Assembly: GCA_944390195.1 (NCBI GenBank)
Contig: CALXOZ010000001.1
Location: 154,663-218,662 of the forward strand
DNA length: 64,000 bases
Reading direction: 5' to 3'
DNA from: an uncultured Alphaproteobacteria bacterium
GTDB lineage: Bacteria > Pseudomonadota > Alphaproteobacteria > CAAGCB01 > CAG-977
The position numbers and the translations under genes were made by a program. Shown here one piece after another: positions 29,037 to 39,891 of this stretch (position 1 is the first letter of the stretch; the number at the start of each line of letters is the position of its first letter). The notes beneath the pieces were generated by a model. That model had not been told where the DNA came from, did no database searches, and saw only the letters and a list, made by a program, of their open reading frames with translations.

Positions 29037-29387
29037 ATGAAAATTTATGATGAAAATAACGTTTTTGCGAAAATGTTAAAAGGGGACATTCCTGTCAATA
29101 AAATTTTTGAAGATGAATATGCGATAGCTTTTGCCGATATTCACCCCAAGGCACCGGTTCATTTATTGGTCATTCCGAAAGGGGCTTATACGGATTTTTC
29201 CGATTTTACGTCAAAGGCTTCCGATAAGGAAATTACGGGCTTTTTCAAGGCTGTCGGGACAGTGGCGTCTTTGCAAGGATTGGTTGAAGGCGGTTATCGT
29301 TTGGTTATGAATACAGGACGCGACGGCGGACAGGAAGTCCCGCATCTGCATGTTCATATTTTAGCCGGAAAAAAATTGGCTTTTTAA
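29037..29387 (+). CDS. HIT-family (histidine triad) nucleotide hydrolase
   Basis: C-terminal GQEVPHLHVHILAG histidine triad. 116 aa. Confidence 0.85.
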   Translation: MKIYDENNVFAKMLKGDIPVNKIFEDEYAIAFADIHPKAPVHLLVIPKGAYTDFSDFTSKASDKEITGFFKAVGTVASLQGLVEGGYRLVMNTGRDGGQEVPHLHVHILAGKKLAF

Positions 29388-29639
29388 TGTTTTGATAACA
29401 AATCCTTCCTGATTTTGGAAGAACAGGCAAGTTGTCTTGACGAATTGACTGCAAAAAGTAAGAAGCTGTTTTTTTATAATAGACGGCTTTTTTCTGAGGC
29501 TTTTATTCAGAGAACTTTTTTGTTTCTTTTAATCAAAAAAACTGCAAGTATTTTTAAATACATACACTGTTTTCACGGTTTTTGTTTTTATAAAATGCTT
29601 GCAGTTTGATTTTTGCGGATTGAAACTATTTCTTAGTCG

Positions 29640-30434
29640 CTACTCTTGGACAAAAACGCTTTTCGGTTGTTGGCAGACGGGGCAAACGTAATCGTCCGGT
29701 AAATCTTTGAACGGTGTTTCTCCATCATAAACATAACCGCATACGGAACAAACCCATTTTTCAGCTTTTGCGGGTGCTTCTTCAGCTTGTGTTTTTTCTT
29801 CCACCTTTTCAAATTCGTCAGCACCTACGCCGCAAACAGGGCAGACATAATCCTCTGGCAGTTCATCGCCTTCGTATTCATAACCGCATACTTTACATAC
29901 CCATTTTGTCATTTTCTTTTCTCCTTTTATTTCTTGGGAACATTTCCCGGTTTTGAAAGCCTCCATGACACGAGGCTTCCATGATTCTTGATACGTCGTG
30001 TAACTTAAAGCCTTTCCTTGACCGTCCAAAGCCTCTACGACTTCACAAAAAAACAAAGTATGAGTTGATAATTGTTTCGATTCCGTTACTTTACAATGCA
30101 AATAAGCGCAAGCATCATCCAAAACAGGAAGCCCCCCCATGAAATGATGAGGAACTTTTTGCCATTTGTCAGCGCAACGGCATGATTGAAAACCGAAATT
30201 TGCAATGATGAAGGGATCTGTCGTTTCAGACAGAACGGACAAAGTAAATTCTTTTGTTTCCTGTATGCATTCCCGCGTCCTCGTCCCCTGATTACAACAA
30301 ATGACAAGGGTTTGAGGTTGAATTGTTGTTTGCATGACGGCATCAACAATACATCCGCCGAACTTTTCATTACATTTAACGCCGATAACGTATAAACCGT
30401 AAGTTAATTTAAAAAAGGCTTTGGTATCAATCAT
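29640..30434 (-). CDS. flavin reductase domain fused to two rubredoxin domains (high-molecular-weight rubredoxin, Hrb-like)
   Basis: N-terminal flavin-reductase-like domain. Two rubredoxin units [13 protein letters not shown]...YVCPVCG and [13 protein letters not shown]...YVCPVCQ. Confidence 0.8.
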   Translation of the reverse strand: MIDTKAFFKLTYGLYVIGVKCNEKFGGCIVDAVMQTTIQPQTLVICCNQGTRTRECIQETKEFTLSVLSETTDPFIIANFGFQSCRCADKWQKVPHHFMGGLPVLDDACAYLHCKVTESKQLSTHTLFFCEVVEALDGQGKALSYTTYQESWKPRVMEAFKTGKCSQEIKGEKKMTKWVCKVCGYEYEGDELPEDYVCPVCGVGADEFEKVEEKTQAEEAPAKAEKWVCSVCGYVYDGETPFKDLPDDYVCPVCQQPKSVFVQE

Positions 30435-30486
30435 GTCTCCTCCATTAAAGAAGTAAAATCATTTTAAATGCAATATAACTTCATAT

Positions 30487-31506
30487 CTAAAAAATATTTA
30501 AACGGATAAGCACGTCCGCTCCGACTCCCATGGCTGCGTCCGAAGCCAAATCATCGGGAGTGTAGGTCGTGGTATTGAATAAGTCTACTTCATCTGAAAC
30601 CTGAATACAATCGGCAACGCGACTGACATCTACAGGCAAATAATTTGTGCTTGGTGATGCCAAAACAGGCAGATGTATTCCTTTATAATCCACATAACAA
30701 CCTTGTTTGTGAACAATACCGTCTCCGCTACCCGTCAGTAAAGACGCAACGAGAGTTCGTTTTTTTAACACGCAAGTATGATTGTATCCCAAACTGTCTC
30801 CGGCGTCGAACCAACGAATCCAACCGACTTTCGTTGTCAATCCGGCGACATATTGACTTTGTGGAAAAGCTTTTGATCCGTAAAGAAAAGCTCCGGCGCG
30901 AATGATGTCAAACCAGTATTCCTTACCCAGCAAAAGACCAAATGAAGCGGATAAACTTTTTCGTGCATCGGGAAATAAAGCGGCATATCGGGAAAACAAA
31001 CGAAGCTCTTTTTGATTGTAAGGGCTGTCCGGACATTCTGCGCAAGATAAATGTGCCATTAATAAAGTGACTTTTCGCCCTTTAACGGCTTGTTTTAAAG
31101 AGGCTTCATTAAAAGCGTTTATTCCGGCTAAATTGAAACCGATATCCAATCGGACGGCAATATTTTCTTCGTCAGGGTAACGGTTTAATGATTCAATTGT
31201 GGAAAAAACCGGTGTTAAACGATTGTTTTTATATTCGTATATGTCTTCGGCGTCAATCAAGGCGTCCAATATGAAAATTTCGGATTCGGGAGCCATACGC
31301 CTTACGATTTTGCCTTCTTCCAAACGATTGACAAAAAACGTTCTGCATCCGCAACGGTAAAGAACGGGAACCACTGTTGAAAAACCCAAGCCGTAAGCAT
31401 TAGCTTTGACAACGCCAGCTATTGTTGTTCCAAGACATCTTTGTTGTAATAATGAAAAATTATGACTTAAAGATGCCGGATTGATACTTAAAGACAAAAC
31501 GGACAT
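30487..31506 (-). CDS. alr: alanine racemase
   Basis: PLP-lysine motif GVVKANAYGLG near the N-terminus. 339 aa. Confidence 0.7.
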   Translation of the reverse strand: MSVLSLSINPASLSHNFSLLQQRCLGTTIAGVVKANAYGLGFSTVVPVLYRCGCRTFFVNRLEEGKIVRRMAPESEIFILDALIDAEDIYEYKNNRLTPVFSTIESLNRYPDEENIAVRLDIGFNLAGINAFNEASLKQAVKGRKVTLLMAHLSCAECPDSPYNQKELRLFSRYAALFPDARKSLSASFGLLLGKEYWFDIIRAGAFLYGSKAFPQSQYVAGLTTKVGWIRWFDAGDSLGYNHTCVLKKRTLVASLLTGSGDGIVHKQGCYVDYKGIHLPVLASPSTNYLPVDVSRVADCIQVSDEVDLFNTTTYTPDDLASDAAMGVGADVLIRLNIF

Positions 31507-31512
31507 ATTTTA

Positions 31513-32034
31513 TTAAAATTCAAAACGCGCTTTCAACATGACAACATCTGTTTTGAATCGGGATTTTTCATTGAAGTTATCAATATCTTGACTTGATTGC
31601 AAATGACGATATTCAATGCCAAGATTAAGCCCGAACAACCCGTATTCCACTCCAATCATTCCCTGATAAACGGGTGTATTCTTACTTTTTACCGAAGCGT
31701 ATCCTGCGCCTGCGCCTGCATATAAACCGATAACAGGGATACGACCGTAAACGTTTACAAGTGCGCCGTAGCTTGTCATATGACCGCCCGTGGCATCTTC
31801 TTCCATTTTGCTTTTATTGTAGAACCCTTCGATTTCAGCTCGAACCGGTAGAACGGGCAAAGCATAACCGACAGCCCCTGTGTAAAAGGCGGAGTTGTCA
31901 TAATCACTTTTTATGCCATTTTCGATTGTTTGGCTGTCATTGATATTAAGTCCCAAGCCGGCGGAAACATACATACCCGCTTGTGCTGCTGATGAAAAAG
32001 TTAATAATATGACAGCTGAAATAACTTTTTTCAT
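31513..32034 (-). CDS. small outer-membrane beta-barrel protein (OmpA-like/OmpW-like, 8-strand)
   Basis: Signal peptide MKKVISAVILLTFSSAAQA. Alternating hydrophobic beta-strands. C-terminal ...KARFEF. Confidence 0.6.
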   Translation of the reverse strand: MKKVISAVILLTFSSAAQAGMYVSAGLGLNINDSQTIENGIKSDYDNSAFYTGAVGYALPVLPVRAEIEGFYNKSKMEEDATGGHMTSYGALVNVYGRIPVIGLYAGAGAGYASVKSKNTPVYQGMIGVEYGLFGLNLGIEYRHLQSSQDIDNFNEKSRFKTDVVMLKARFEF

Positions 32035-32060
32035 AATACAGGATCCTTTCTAAAAAAAGG

Positions 32061-32861
32061 CTATTTTAATCCCAAAACATCTTGCATGGAATATAGACCT
32101 GTTGGTTTGTTTTTTGCCCATAAAGCCGCTTTTATCGCGCCGTCTGCAAAAATTTCGCGGGAAGAGGCTTTGTGAGTCAATTCCAGACGTTCTCCGGATC
32201 CGGCGAAAATGACGCTGTGATCACCGATAACGTCGCCTCCGCGTAAAGCGGCAAATCCTATTTCGCCGACAGGTCGTACACCTGTGTTTCCGTGACGTTC
32301 GTAACAAGCTGTATCCTTTAAGGAAGTTTCTCGACCTTGTGCGGCGGCATTCCCGAGACCCAGAGCTGTTCCGGAAGGTGCGTCGGCTTTGTTTCTGTGA
32401 TGCATTTCTAAAATTTCAATGTCGTAGGACGGATCCAAGATGCTGGCAGCTTGCCGGACTAAAGAAAACAAAAGATTGATGCCGATGCTCATATTGGGGG
32501 CGGCGACAATGACTGTCTTTTGGGCGCATTTTTTTAACAATTCTTTTTGTTCCGTACTTAAACCGGTCGTTCCGACAATTAAAATCTTTCCGGTTTCCGC
32601 TGCGATCTTTGCATGTTCAATTGTTGCTTGAGGCGCTGTAAAATCCAAAACGGCGTCACTGGCTTCAAACAATTCAAAAGGATATGATGTTACGGAAATT
32701 CCCAACGGGCGTATCCCGATGACTTCGCCGATATCCCGACCGATGAAACCGCTTTCTCGACGTTCCGATCCGCCGGATAATTCACATTCTTTATTTGTTA
32801 AAACGCGGTGTAAGAGCATCTTGCCCATTCTGCCCGCACATCCTGTTATTCCTATTTTCAT
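32061..32861 (-). CDS. dapB: 4-hydroxy-tetrahydrodipicolinate reductase
   Basis: MKIGITGCAGRMGK NAD-binding N-terminus and DapB-like body (FTAPQATIEH, EILEMHHRNKADAPSGTA). Confidence 0.85.
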   Translation of the reverse strand: MKIGITGCAGRMGKMLLHRVLTNKECELSGGSERRESGFIGRDIGEVIGIRPLGISVTSYPFELFEASDAVLDFTAPQATIEHAKIAAETGKILIVGTTGLSTEQKELLKKCAQKTVIVAAPNMSIGINLLFSLVRQAASILDPSYDIEILEMHHRNKADAPSGTALGLGNAAAQGRETSLKDTACYERHGNTGVRPVGEIGFAALRGGDVIGDHSVIFAGSGERLELTHKASSREIFADGAIKAALWAKNKPTGLYSMQDVLGLK

Positions 32862-33283
32862 CTAAATATCCTTAAAAATTTAGAACTTTCTTTATTTTAA
32901 AATAAAAATAAACATATTCCAATCGTTAAAAATTAGAAAAACCTTTTTATTACGATATTGAATTTTTTCATTGTTCTGATTGAAACAATATCTTGTGTAT
33001 TATAAAAAAAACACACCCTTATTTTTTTATAATAACAAAAACGATTTTGACGTTTTTTACGGATTTCTGAACGCTTTTTTCGGGGGATAAGTAAAGGAAA
33101 AACGGGGTGAAAGCTTTTTGTATTCAAGTGTGTATTGTTATTGTTCCGGATATTTTTTATTGTTGAAGGTCATTTTGTTCTTGTTTGTTCTTGCTGTTTT
33201 TTATCAGAAGAATTTATCATCTTTGTCGATTACTGTTTTTCAGGAAAGAAAGATAATCGGTAAGAGTATGTTTTTTATATAAA

Positions 33284-33330
33284 ATAAAAAAATTTCTGCG
33301 CTCCGGACGAGTCTTTACAGCCGGAGCGTC
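33284..33330 (-). terminator. putative rho-independent terminator downstream of dnaJ
   Basis: On the minus strand, CGCTCCGG...CCGGAGCG stem followed by a T-tract. The loop is long (about 14 nt). Confidence 0.45.
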
Positions 33331-33357
33331 ATTTGAATGTATTTTAAGACAGAGCCG

Positions 33358-34509
33358 TCATTTTTTTATAAAATCTTTCAGTTTTTCAAAAAAACCTGTT
33401 GATTCAGGACTGTTTTCTTTACCTTCTGCTTCAAATTGTTTGAGCAGTTCCTTTTGTCGGGCTGTTAATTTTGTCGGTGTTTCCACTTTAAAACGGACGA
33501 ATAAATCACCGACACTCTTGTTTTGTAAAACCGACATACCTTTTTTACGCAAACGGACTTCCTCGCCCGATTGCGTCCCCGCACTGATCGTTACTTTTTC
33601 CGTTGAACCGTCTATACAGGGGATTTCAATATTTCCGCCCAAAGCGGCAGTCGGCATACTCAAAGGAATTTCGCAATATAAATTGGATCCATCGCGTTTA
33701 AACAAAGGATGCGGTTTGACATGCACGAAAATATACAGATCTCCGTTCGGACCTCCGTTTGTTCCCGCTTCGCCTTGTCCGGACAGACGCATTCTGTTTT
33801 CCGTATCTATTCCAGCGGGAATGTTGACTTCCAGAACTTTTTTCTGTGAAATTTTTCCACTTCCTTTGCATTTTTTGCAAGGATTTTTTATGACTTGTCC
33901 CGTTCCCTGACAAGTCGGACACATTCTTTCTTCAATAAAAAAGCCTGATTGACGACGGATCCGTCCCGTACCATGACATGTGTCACATGTTTCCGCTTTC
34001 GATCCAGCAGCGGCTCCGGAACCATCGCATTCATCGCAACGCACGGCTGTTTGAATTTCTATTTCTTTCTTTAATCCGCGATAGGCTTCTTCTAAAGATA
34101 TTTCCAAATCATAACGGACATCCGCACCGCGTCTGCCCGCAGACTGAGATGTTCGCGATCTGGATGCGCCCCCCATAAATTCGCTGAAGATATCTTCAAA
34201 GATGCTTCCGAATCCAGCACCGCTGAAATCAAAATTAAATCCGCCAAATCCTGCACCGAAACCGGATCCAGCCCCTGCTCCTTGAGCAAAGGCGGCATGA
34301 CCGTAACGATCGTAAGCGGCGCGTTTTTGACCGTCTTTTAAAATCTCGTAAGCTTCGGTTACTTCTTTGAACTTTATTTCCGCTTCCTTGTTTCCGGGGT
34401 TGCGGTCGGGATGGTATTTCATCGCCATAGACCGGTATGCTTTTTTGATCTCGATATCGGAAGCGTCTTTGTTTATCCCTAAAAGTTCATAATAATCTTG
34501 TTTAGCCAT
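33358..34509 (-). CDS. dnaJ: molecular chaperone DnaJ
   Basis: J-domain with HPD (KYHPDRNPG). G/F-rich region. Four CxxCxGxG zinc-finger repeats. Confidence 0.95.
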   Translation of the reverse strand: MAKQDYYELLGINKDASDIEIKKAYRSMAMKYHPDRNPGNKEAEIKFKEVTEAYEILKDGQKRAAYDRYGHAAFAQGAGAGSGFGAGFGGFNFDFSGAGFGSIFEDIFSEFMGGASRSRTSQSAGRRGADVRYDLEISLEEAYRGLKKEIEIQTAVRCDECDGSGAAAGSKAETCDTCHGTGRIRRQSGFFIEERMCPTCQGTGQVIKNPCKKCKGSGKISQKKVLEVNIPAGIDTENRMRLSGQGEAGTNGGPNGDLYIFVHVKPHPLFKRDGSNLYCEIPLSMPTAALGGNIEIPCIDGSTEKVTISAGTQSGEEVRLRKKGMSVLQNKSVGDLFVRFKVETPTKLTARQKELLKQFEAEGKENSPESTGFFEKLKDFIKK

Positions 34510-34590
34510 ATCTTTATCAGCCTTGTATCAGGTGCGGAAAACCGTCCGGAGTCCCTATTTGTACTCCGAACGGTTAGGATTGGCAAGTGT

Positions 34591-36504
34591 TTAGTCTTTT
34601 TTGACTTCTTCAAAATCGGCGTCAACGACACCTTCTTCAGGTTTTGATTCCTGAGAGGATTTGGTTTCGTTTTGAGTGTTGCCCGCCGCAGCTTTTTCTT
34701 GCTGAGCCTTATATAAAGCTTCGCCGATCTTCATGGAAGATTGCATCAAGGCTTCCGATTTTTCGTTGATTTTGGCAACATCGGAAGAATCCAACACATC
34801 TTTTAAAGCCTTTATGTCAGCTTGGACTTTTTCCTTATCTGCAGAAGAAACCTTATCCCCCAATTCTTTGAGGTTCTTTTCTGTCGCATGAATCAAGCTT
34901 TCGGCTTTATTGCGCGCTTCGACGGCTTCTTTTTTCTTCTTGTCTTCGGAAGCATGCGCTTCGGCGTCTTTGACCATTTTTTCAATATCGGCTTCACTCA
35001 ATCCGCCTGAAGATTGTATGCGGATCGTTTGTTCTTTTCCTGTCGCCTTATCTTTTGCAGAAACATTAACAATGCCGTTTGCGTCGATATCGAATGTTAC
35101 TTCGATTTGAGGCATACCTCGCGGAGCCGCCGGAATGCCGACCAAGTCGAATTGACCGAGCAATTTGTTATCCGCCGTCATTTCCCGTTCGCCTTGGAAT
35201 ACACGAATGGTTACTGCGGTTTGTCCGTCTTCTGCCGTTGAAAAGACTTGGGACTTGCGTGTCGGAATTGTGGTGTTGCGATCGATCAGGCGAGTGAAAA
35301 CGCCTCCCAGCGTTTCAATGCCTAGTGACAACGGGGTAACATCAAGCAACAATACATCTTTTACTTCCCCTTTTAACACGCCACCTTGAATCGCGGCTCC
35401 TAAAGCAACGACTTCATCCGGATTTACGCCTTTATGCGGGTCGCGGCCGAAAAATTCTTTGACGATTTCCTGAACTTTCGGCATACGGGTCATACCGCCG
35501 ACCAAAATGACTTCGTTAATATCGGAAGCTTTCAAACCGGCATCTTTTAAAGCTTTTTCGCAAGGGATTTTCGTGCGTTCAAGCAAGTCTTCAACCAAAG
35601 ATTCCATCTTTGCCCGCGTCAACTTGATGTTCAAGTGTTTCGGACCGGTGGCATCGGCGGTGATAAAAGGCAGATTTATTTCTGTTTGTTGGGCAGAAGA
35701 CAATTCGATTTTTGCTTTTTCCGCCCCTTCTTTCAAACGCTGCAGTGCTAATTTGTCCTGACGCAGATCAATGCCTTGTTCCTTTTGAAATTCATCGGCT
35801 AAATAGTTGATAATCCGAGCGTCAAAGTCTTCTCCGCCCAAGAAGGTATCCCCGTTTGTCGCCTTGACTTCAAAAACGCCGTCACCGATTTCCAAAATGG
35901 ATACGTCAAACGTACCGCCGCCCAAGTCGTAAACAACAATCGTTCCGCTGGCTTTTTTATCCAAACCGTAAGCCAAAGCGGCGGCTGTCGGTTCGTTTAT
36001 GATACGAAGGACTTCCAATCCGGCAATCTTTCCGGCATCTTTTGTCGCCTGACGTTGTGAATCGTCAAAGTAAGCCGGTACTGTGATGACGGCTTGCGTT
36101 ACGGGTTCTCCCAAAAAAGCTTCGGCATCTTCTTTTAATTTTTGTAAAATGAAAGCGGACACCTGACTGGGGGCATATTTTTTATCATAAGCTTCAACCC
36201 AAGCATCTCCGTTTTCTCCGGAAATGATGTGGTATGGAACAAGTGTTTTCGCTTTTTCAACTTGTTTGTCCGTAAAGCGGCGTCCAATCAAACGCTTGAT
36301 CGCGAAAAAAGTTCCTTCAGGGTTTGTAACCGCCTGACGTTTCGCCGCTTGACCGACCAAACGTTCTCCGCCTTGTGTGAAAGCGACCATTGACGGTGTC
36401 GTTCTTGCGCCTTCGGCATTTTCAATTACACGGGCATCTTTCCCGTCCATAATGGCAAAACAGGAATTTGTCGTCCCTAAATCTATACCTATTACTTTTC
36501 CCAT
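34591..36504 (-). CDS. dnaK: molecular chaperone DnaK (Hsp70)
   Basis: True start [15 protein letters not shown] (ATG at 36504, AGAGG RBS). Near-identical blocks to Rhizobiales DnaK throughout, including the [20 protein letters not shown] segment. Confidence 0.95.
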   Translation of the reverse strand: MGKVIGIDLGTTNSCFAIMDGKDARVIENAEGARTTPSMVAFTQGGERLVGQAAKRQAVTNPEGTFFAIKRLIGRRFTDKQVEKAKTLVPYHIISGENGDAWVEAYDKKYAPSQVSAFILQKLKEDAEAFLGEPVTQAVITVPAYFDDSQRQATKDAGKIAGLEVLRIINEPTAAALAYGLDKKASGTIVVYDLGGGTFDVSILEIGDGVFEVKATNGDTFLGGEDFDARIINYLADEFQKEQGIDLRQDKLALQRLKEGAEKAKIELSSAQQTEINLPFITADATGPKHLNIKLTRAKMESLVEDLLERTKIPCEKALKDAGLKASDINEVILVGGMTRMPKVQEIVKEFFGRDPHKGVNPDEVVALGAAIQGGVLKGEVKDVLLLDVTPLSLGIETLGGVFTRLIDRNTTIPTRKSQVFSTAEDGQTAVTIRVFQGEREMTADNKLLGQFDLVGIPAAPRGMPQIEVTFDIDANGIVNVSAKDKATGKEQTIRIQSSGGLSEADIEKMVKDAEAHASEDKKKKEAVEARNKAESLIHATEKNLKELGDKVSSADKEKVQADIKALKDVLDSSDVAKINEKSEALMQSSMKIGEALYKAQQEKAAAGNTQNETKSSQESKPEEGVVDADFEEVKKD

Positions 36505-36557
36505 AAAAAAAACCTCTTTTTTTGTAAATTCAACCAATTTCGGTAACTGTCGTTGCC

Positions 36558-36590
36558 TTATATAAGAAAGGTCTTTGTTTTTCGCAAGCG
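36558..36590 (-). promoter_or_regulatory. candidate sigma32 (RpoH)-type heat-shock promoter for dnaK-dnaJ
   Basis: The minus strand reads CTTG-N18-CTTATATA about 50 nt upstream of the dnaK start. This resembles the alphaproteobacterial RpoH consensus CTTG-N17-CYTATNT. Confidence 0.4.
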
Positions 36591-36719
36591 CTTATCCGTT
36601 TTTTTTTATAAAATTTTCTTTGCACCATTTAAACGCTTGATGGTTTTTGGTATTTAAAAGCTTTTTGATACTTATACCATATGTTATTATATTCATTCGT
36701 TTCCGCGTAGGGTGTTCAT

Positions 36720-37781
36720 ATGAAAGAAAAGTTCCTTGTCTTGAAAAATTTTTTTCAAAAAATACATCGAGTGTGTTTGGGGAAGATTATCGGGATTTTT
36801 GCCATATTATGGGAAAAAACGAAAATTTTTTTGAAATCGGGAGTCGATTTTACGCCTCCGAGTAAACAAAAAATCGTTTCTTTCGTGATCGGATGGTGGC
36901 ATTGGTTGTTGGGAATTGTTTTTGCCTTCCTTGTCCTGTATTACCCCGCCGGCGCCTTGTTGTACCACAGAATTGATCTTAATCCGGCGTTCGGCATTGA
37001 AAAACAAAGCGATAAGGCTGAAAATCAAGATGTGCAAATGCTTAAAACCTTGTCCGCTTTAATTCAAAGAGAAGTTGATCAAAATGCTTTCACACCGGCG
37101 CTACCGTTCTTTTTCCCCAGTGTCCTTTTGGATAATACGCCTGCTTTTCAAACGGGGATCGTCTTTGGCATTCAAAAAGTAACAAACGCTTTAAGTGAGG
37201 CCAATCCTGAAATCGAATCGTTAAAACAAGCCGCGGATTTGTTGACATATCCCGTTTCCGTCTGGCATGTCCACAATTGGAAACCGGCTGTTTCTTCGGT
37301 GAAAAAATATCGTACGGCGGCTCAGTTGATCCAAGAATACCAAGAAAACATCATTTCAAAAAAGATGACCTTCAATCATTCAAAAACCGCTGTCGAATTA
37401 ATAGTTTCCCGTCTGGCGGAAGAGATTGAACTTTGTGTCGAAATCTTGGATCGTCAAATTCAATCCGGAGAAAGGAAAATCCTTGATATAAAAGCGGATG
37501 ACATATTTTATGAAATAAAAGGGCGGGTTTATGTTTATTATTTGATGTTACGCGATTTAAAAAAGGATTTTGAAACCGCCTTTGACAACGACCGGTCGGT
37601 GCAAAAGCTTCAAACCGGCATGATTGTTTTGAAAAAAGCTTTGTATTTGCAGCCGTTGGTTGTTGTTAATGCTTCTGCGGAAACTCAGTTCGCTCCGAAC
37701 CATTTGTTGGGAATGGGATTCTATTTGTCTCAGACTGCTCTTGATTTGGTACAATTAACAAAGGTGTTAAAAAGTGAGTAA
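36720..37781 (+). CDS. hypothetical membrane protein (true start uncertain)
   Basis: Long ORF with a transmembrane segment IVSFVIGWWHWLLGIVFAFLVLYY. 8-nt overlap with the downstream gene suggests an operon. Confidence 0.45.
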   Translation: MKEKFLVLKNFFQKIHRVCLGKIIGIFAILWEKTKIFLKSGVDFTPPSKQKIVSFVIGWWHWLLGIVFAFLVLYYPAGALLYHRIDLNPAFGIEKQSDKAENQDVQMLKTLSALIQREVDQNAFTPALPFFFPSVLLDNTPAFQTGIVFGIQKVTNALSEANPEIESLKQAADLLTYPVSVWHVHNWKPAVSSVKKYRTAAQLIQEYQENIISKKMTFNHSKTAVELIVSRLAEEIELCVEILDRQIQSGERKILDIKADDIFYEIKGRVYVYYLMLRDLKKDFETAFDNDRSVQKLQTGMIVLKKALYLQPLVVVNASAETQFAPNHLLGMGFYLSQTALDLVQLTKVLKSE

Positions 37782-38742
37782 AAAACGTCTTTCCATAATT
37801 ATTGTTTGTCTTTGTCTTGTTATTGCAATCCCGTTATGTTTCTTTTTGACACAGACTCAAATGCCTGTCTTGAAAAAAAACGAAGAAGGGGTCTTTATCC
37901 CGAAAGTTTCAACAGATCAGTTGCAACGCATTTTCAAAGAATATAATTACAATATGTTGCATCATTTAAAGGATAAACAGCCTGTTCCGCGATTGTTCGT
38001 TCAATCCGTCCCAGAAGATTTCAATCGTGAAAAATATGACGAGGTTCGTCCGGCGTTGTTTTTTGAAATGATGTTGCCTGTCATTTTGAAAGCCAATGAA
38101 GCGTTGTTAGCGGAACGCGAAAAAGTTTTGCGTTTGAAAGAAGAGTTTGATCAAACGGGAACGTTAACACAAGAATCTGAAAAAGAACTGGATGAATGGG
38201 TTAAACGTTATGATGTAAAGCCTTCCGACGATTTGGCAACGGTTTTTAGTGCGTTGATCCCCCGTGTCGATGCTGTAACGCCGACTCTTTTATTGACCAT
38301 GGCGGCACAGGATTCCGGGTTTGCAACCAGTATCTATGCCAGAAAATATAACGCTATTTTTAATCAAAGGGATTGGAACGGACAAGGGGTCATTCCGGAA
38401 GAAAAACAAAAAGAAGGTCCTCAGTACAGAATTAAAACGTTTAATTCTTTGTATGATGCGATTATCAGTCAAATTCATTATCTGAATACAAACGGGTATT
38501 TTGAAAATTACAGAATAGCCAGAGCAAAATACCGTCGCACAAATAATCCGATGAGAGGGTATTCCATAGCCCATTTATTGATTAATTTCCCCTATAAACC
38601 TTTTAAATATCCTGATATCATAAAGCATTTGATCTTACAGTATGAAATAACGCCTTTGGATTTTCAGGTGTTGGATAAAACGATGCCTTCGGATTCTCAG
38701 ATGCCGGATGAAACAACGCAACCGGATCGGGCAAGTGATTAA
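37774..38742 (+). CDS. Bax-like / glucosaminidase-domain (COG2992-like) protein
   Basis: N-terminal transmembrane anchor. LLLTMAAQDSGFATSIYARKYNAIFNQRDW resembles the FlgJ/Bax glucosaminidase core (AQAALESGWG). Confidence 0.45.
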   Translation: MSKKRLSIIIVCLCLVIAIPLCFFLTQTQMPVLKKNEEGVFIPKVSTDQLQRIFKEYNYNMLHHLKDKQPVPRLFVQSVPEDFNREKYDEVRPALFFEMMLPVILKANEALLAEREKVLRLKEEFDQTGTLTQESEKELDEWVKRYDVKPSDDLATVFSALIPRVDAVTPTLLLTMAAQDSGFATSIYARKYNAIFNQRDWNGQGVIPEEKQKEGPQYRIKTFNSLYDAIISQIHYLNTNGYFENYRIARAKYRRTNNPMRGYSIAHLLINFPYKPFKYPDIIKHLILQYEITPLDFQVLDKTMPSDSQMPDETTQPDRASD

Positions 38743-38758
38743 AGGACTTTAAAAGTTT

Positions 38759-39889
38759 ATGTCTGCTCGGGCTGAATTGGTGAAAAATGAAAAAAATGCT
38801 TCCGTCGAATTGATTTTATCGGAAGACTGGCTGTTGGAAAACGGTGCTTCCGATAATGATCAAAATATCTTTGATCTATTTGAAAAAAACGATTTTAAAC
38901 AAATAAAATTGGACGGGAAACAAATAGGACGATGGGATAGCCGGTTGGTTGCGTTTTTAGTCCATGTGATTTCTTTGTGCAAAAAAAATAATATTGAATA
39001 CCGCTTGATAGATTTTCCAAAAGGAATCGATCCTTTGTTGGATCTGGCTTTCAGCGTTCCGGAACACGTCAGTCCTCCGAAAGGGGATACGACTCAATCC
39101 TTTCTGTCGTATCTAGGGAATGTTGCTTTGTATTCATGGGCTGCGACACAAAGGGTCGCGCTGTTTTGCGTTAAAATATATGAAGCGTTGATTCGTCTGA
39201 TAACAAAAAAAGCCGTCGTGCGAAAAGTCGATATCTGGTTTGAAATTCAAGATGCCGGTGTCAACGCTTTTTTGATTGTTTCTTTGATTTGTTTTTTAGT
39301 CGGGTTGATTTTAGCTTTTGTCGGTTCGATCCAATTGAAAATGTTCGGAGCGCAGATCTATGTTTCCAGTTTGGTCGCCATTGCCGTAACGCGTGTCATG
39401 GGGGCAATTATGGGTGGAGTCATCATGGCGGGCAGAACAGGGGCGTCTTATGCAGCGACATTGGGATCTATGCAGGTTAACGAAGAAATAGACGCTTTGA
39501 AAACAATGGGAGTCTCTCCGTTTGATTTTCTTGTCCTGCCGCGTGTTCTGGCATTGTCTTTGATGATGCCCTTATTAACTGTTTATGCCGATTTCATGGG
39601 AATTATGGGAGGTGCTTTCGTCGGTATATTCATGTTGGGGTTATCGCCGGAAGACTATTTCAGAATGACTTTAAAGGCTTTATTTATGAAAAACATTCTG
39701 ATCGGTATCGTTCATGGAACGGCATACGGTATAATCATTGCCGTGTGCGGATGCTATCAAGGCATTAATTGCGGCAGAAATGCTTCCGCTGTTGGGAAAG
39801 CGACGACAGCGGCTGTTGTTTATTCCATTGTATGGATGACTGTAGCCACGGCGATTTTAACATTCATTTTCAGTGTGATCGGAGTTTAA
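38759..39889 (+). CDS. mlaE: MlaE-family ABC transporter permease with N-terminal STAS (MlaB-like) domain
   Basis: C-terminal half carries MlaE transmembrane blocks (GAQIYVSSLVAIAVTRVMGAIMGGVIMAGRTGASYAA...EEIDALKTMG). The N-terminal approximately 120 aa is STAS-like. Confidence 0.8.
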   Translation: MSARAELVKNEKNASVELILSEDWLLENGASDNDQNIFDLFEKNDFKQIKLDGKQIGRWDSRLVAFLVHVISLCKKNNIEYRLIDFPKGIDPLLDLAFSVPEHVSPPKGDTTQSFLSYLGNVALYSWAATQRVALFCVKIYEALIRLITKKAVVRKVDIWFEIQDAGVNAFLIVSLICFLVGLILAFVGSIQLKMFGAQIYVSSLVAIAVTRVMGAIMGGVIMAGRTGASYAATLGSMQVNEEIDALKTMGVSPFDFLVLPRVLALSLMMPLLTVYADFMGIMGGAFVGIFMLGLSPEDYFRMTLKALFMKNILIGIVHGTAYGIIIAVCGCYQGINCGRNASAVGKATTAAVVYSIVWMTVATAILTFIFSVIGV

Positions 39890-39891
39890 CG

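Noticed and set aside
39769-39891. ORF-track N-terminal extension of mlaF overlapping mlaE
   Set aside because: The extension is out of character (Cys/His-rich). The Met at 39892 follows a GGAG RBS directly after the mlaE stop.
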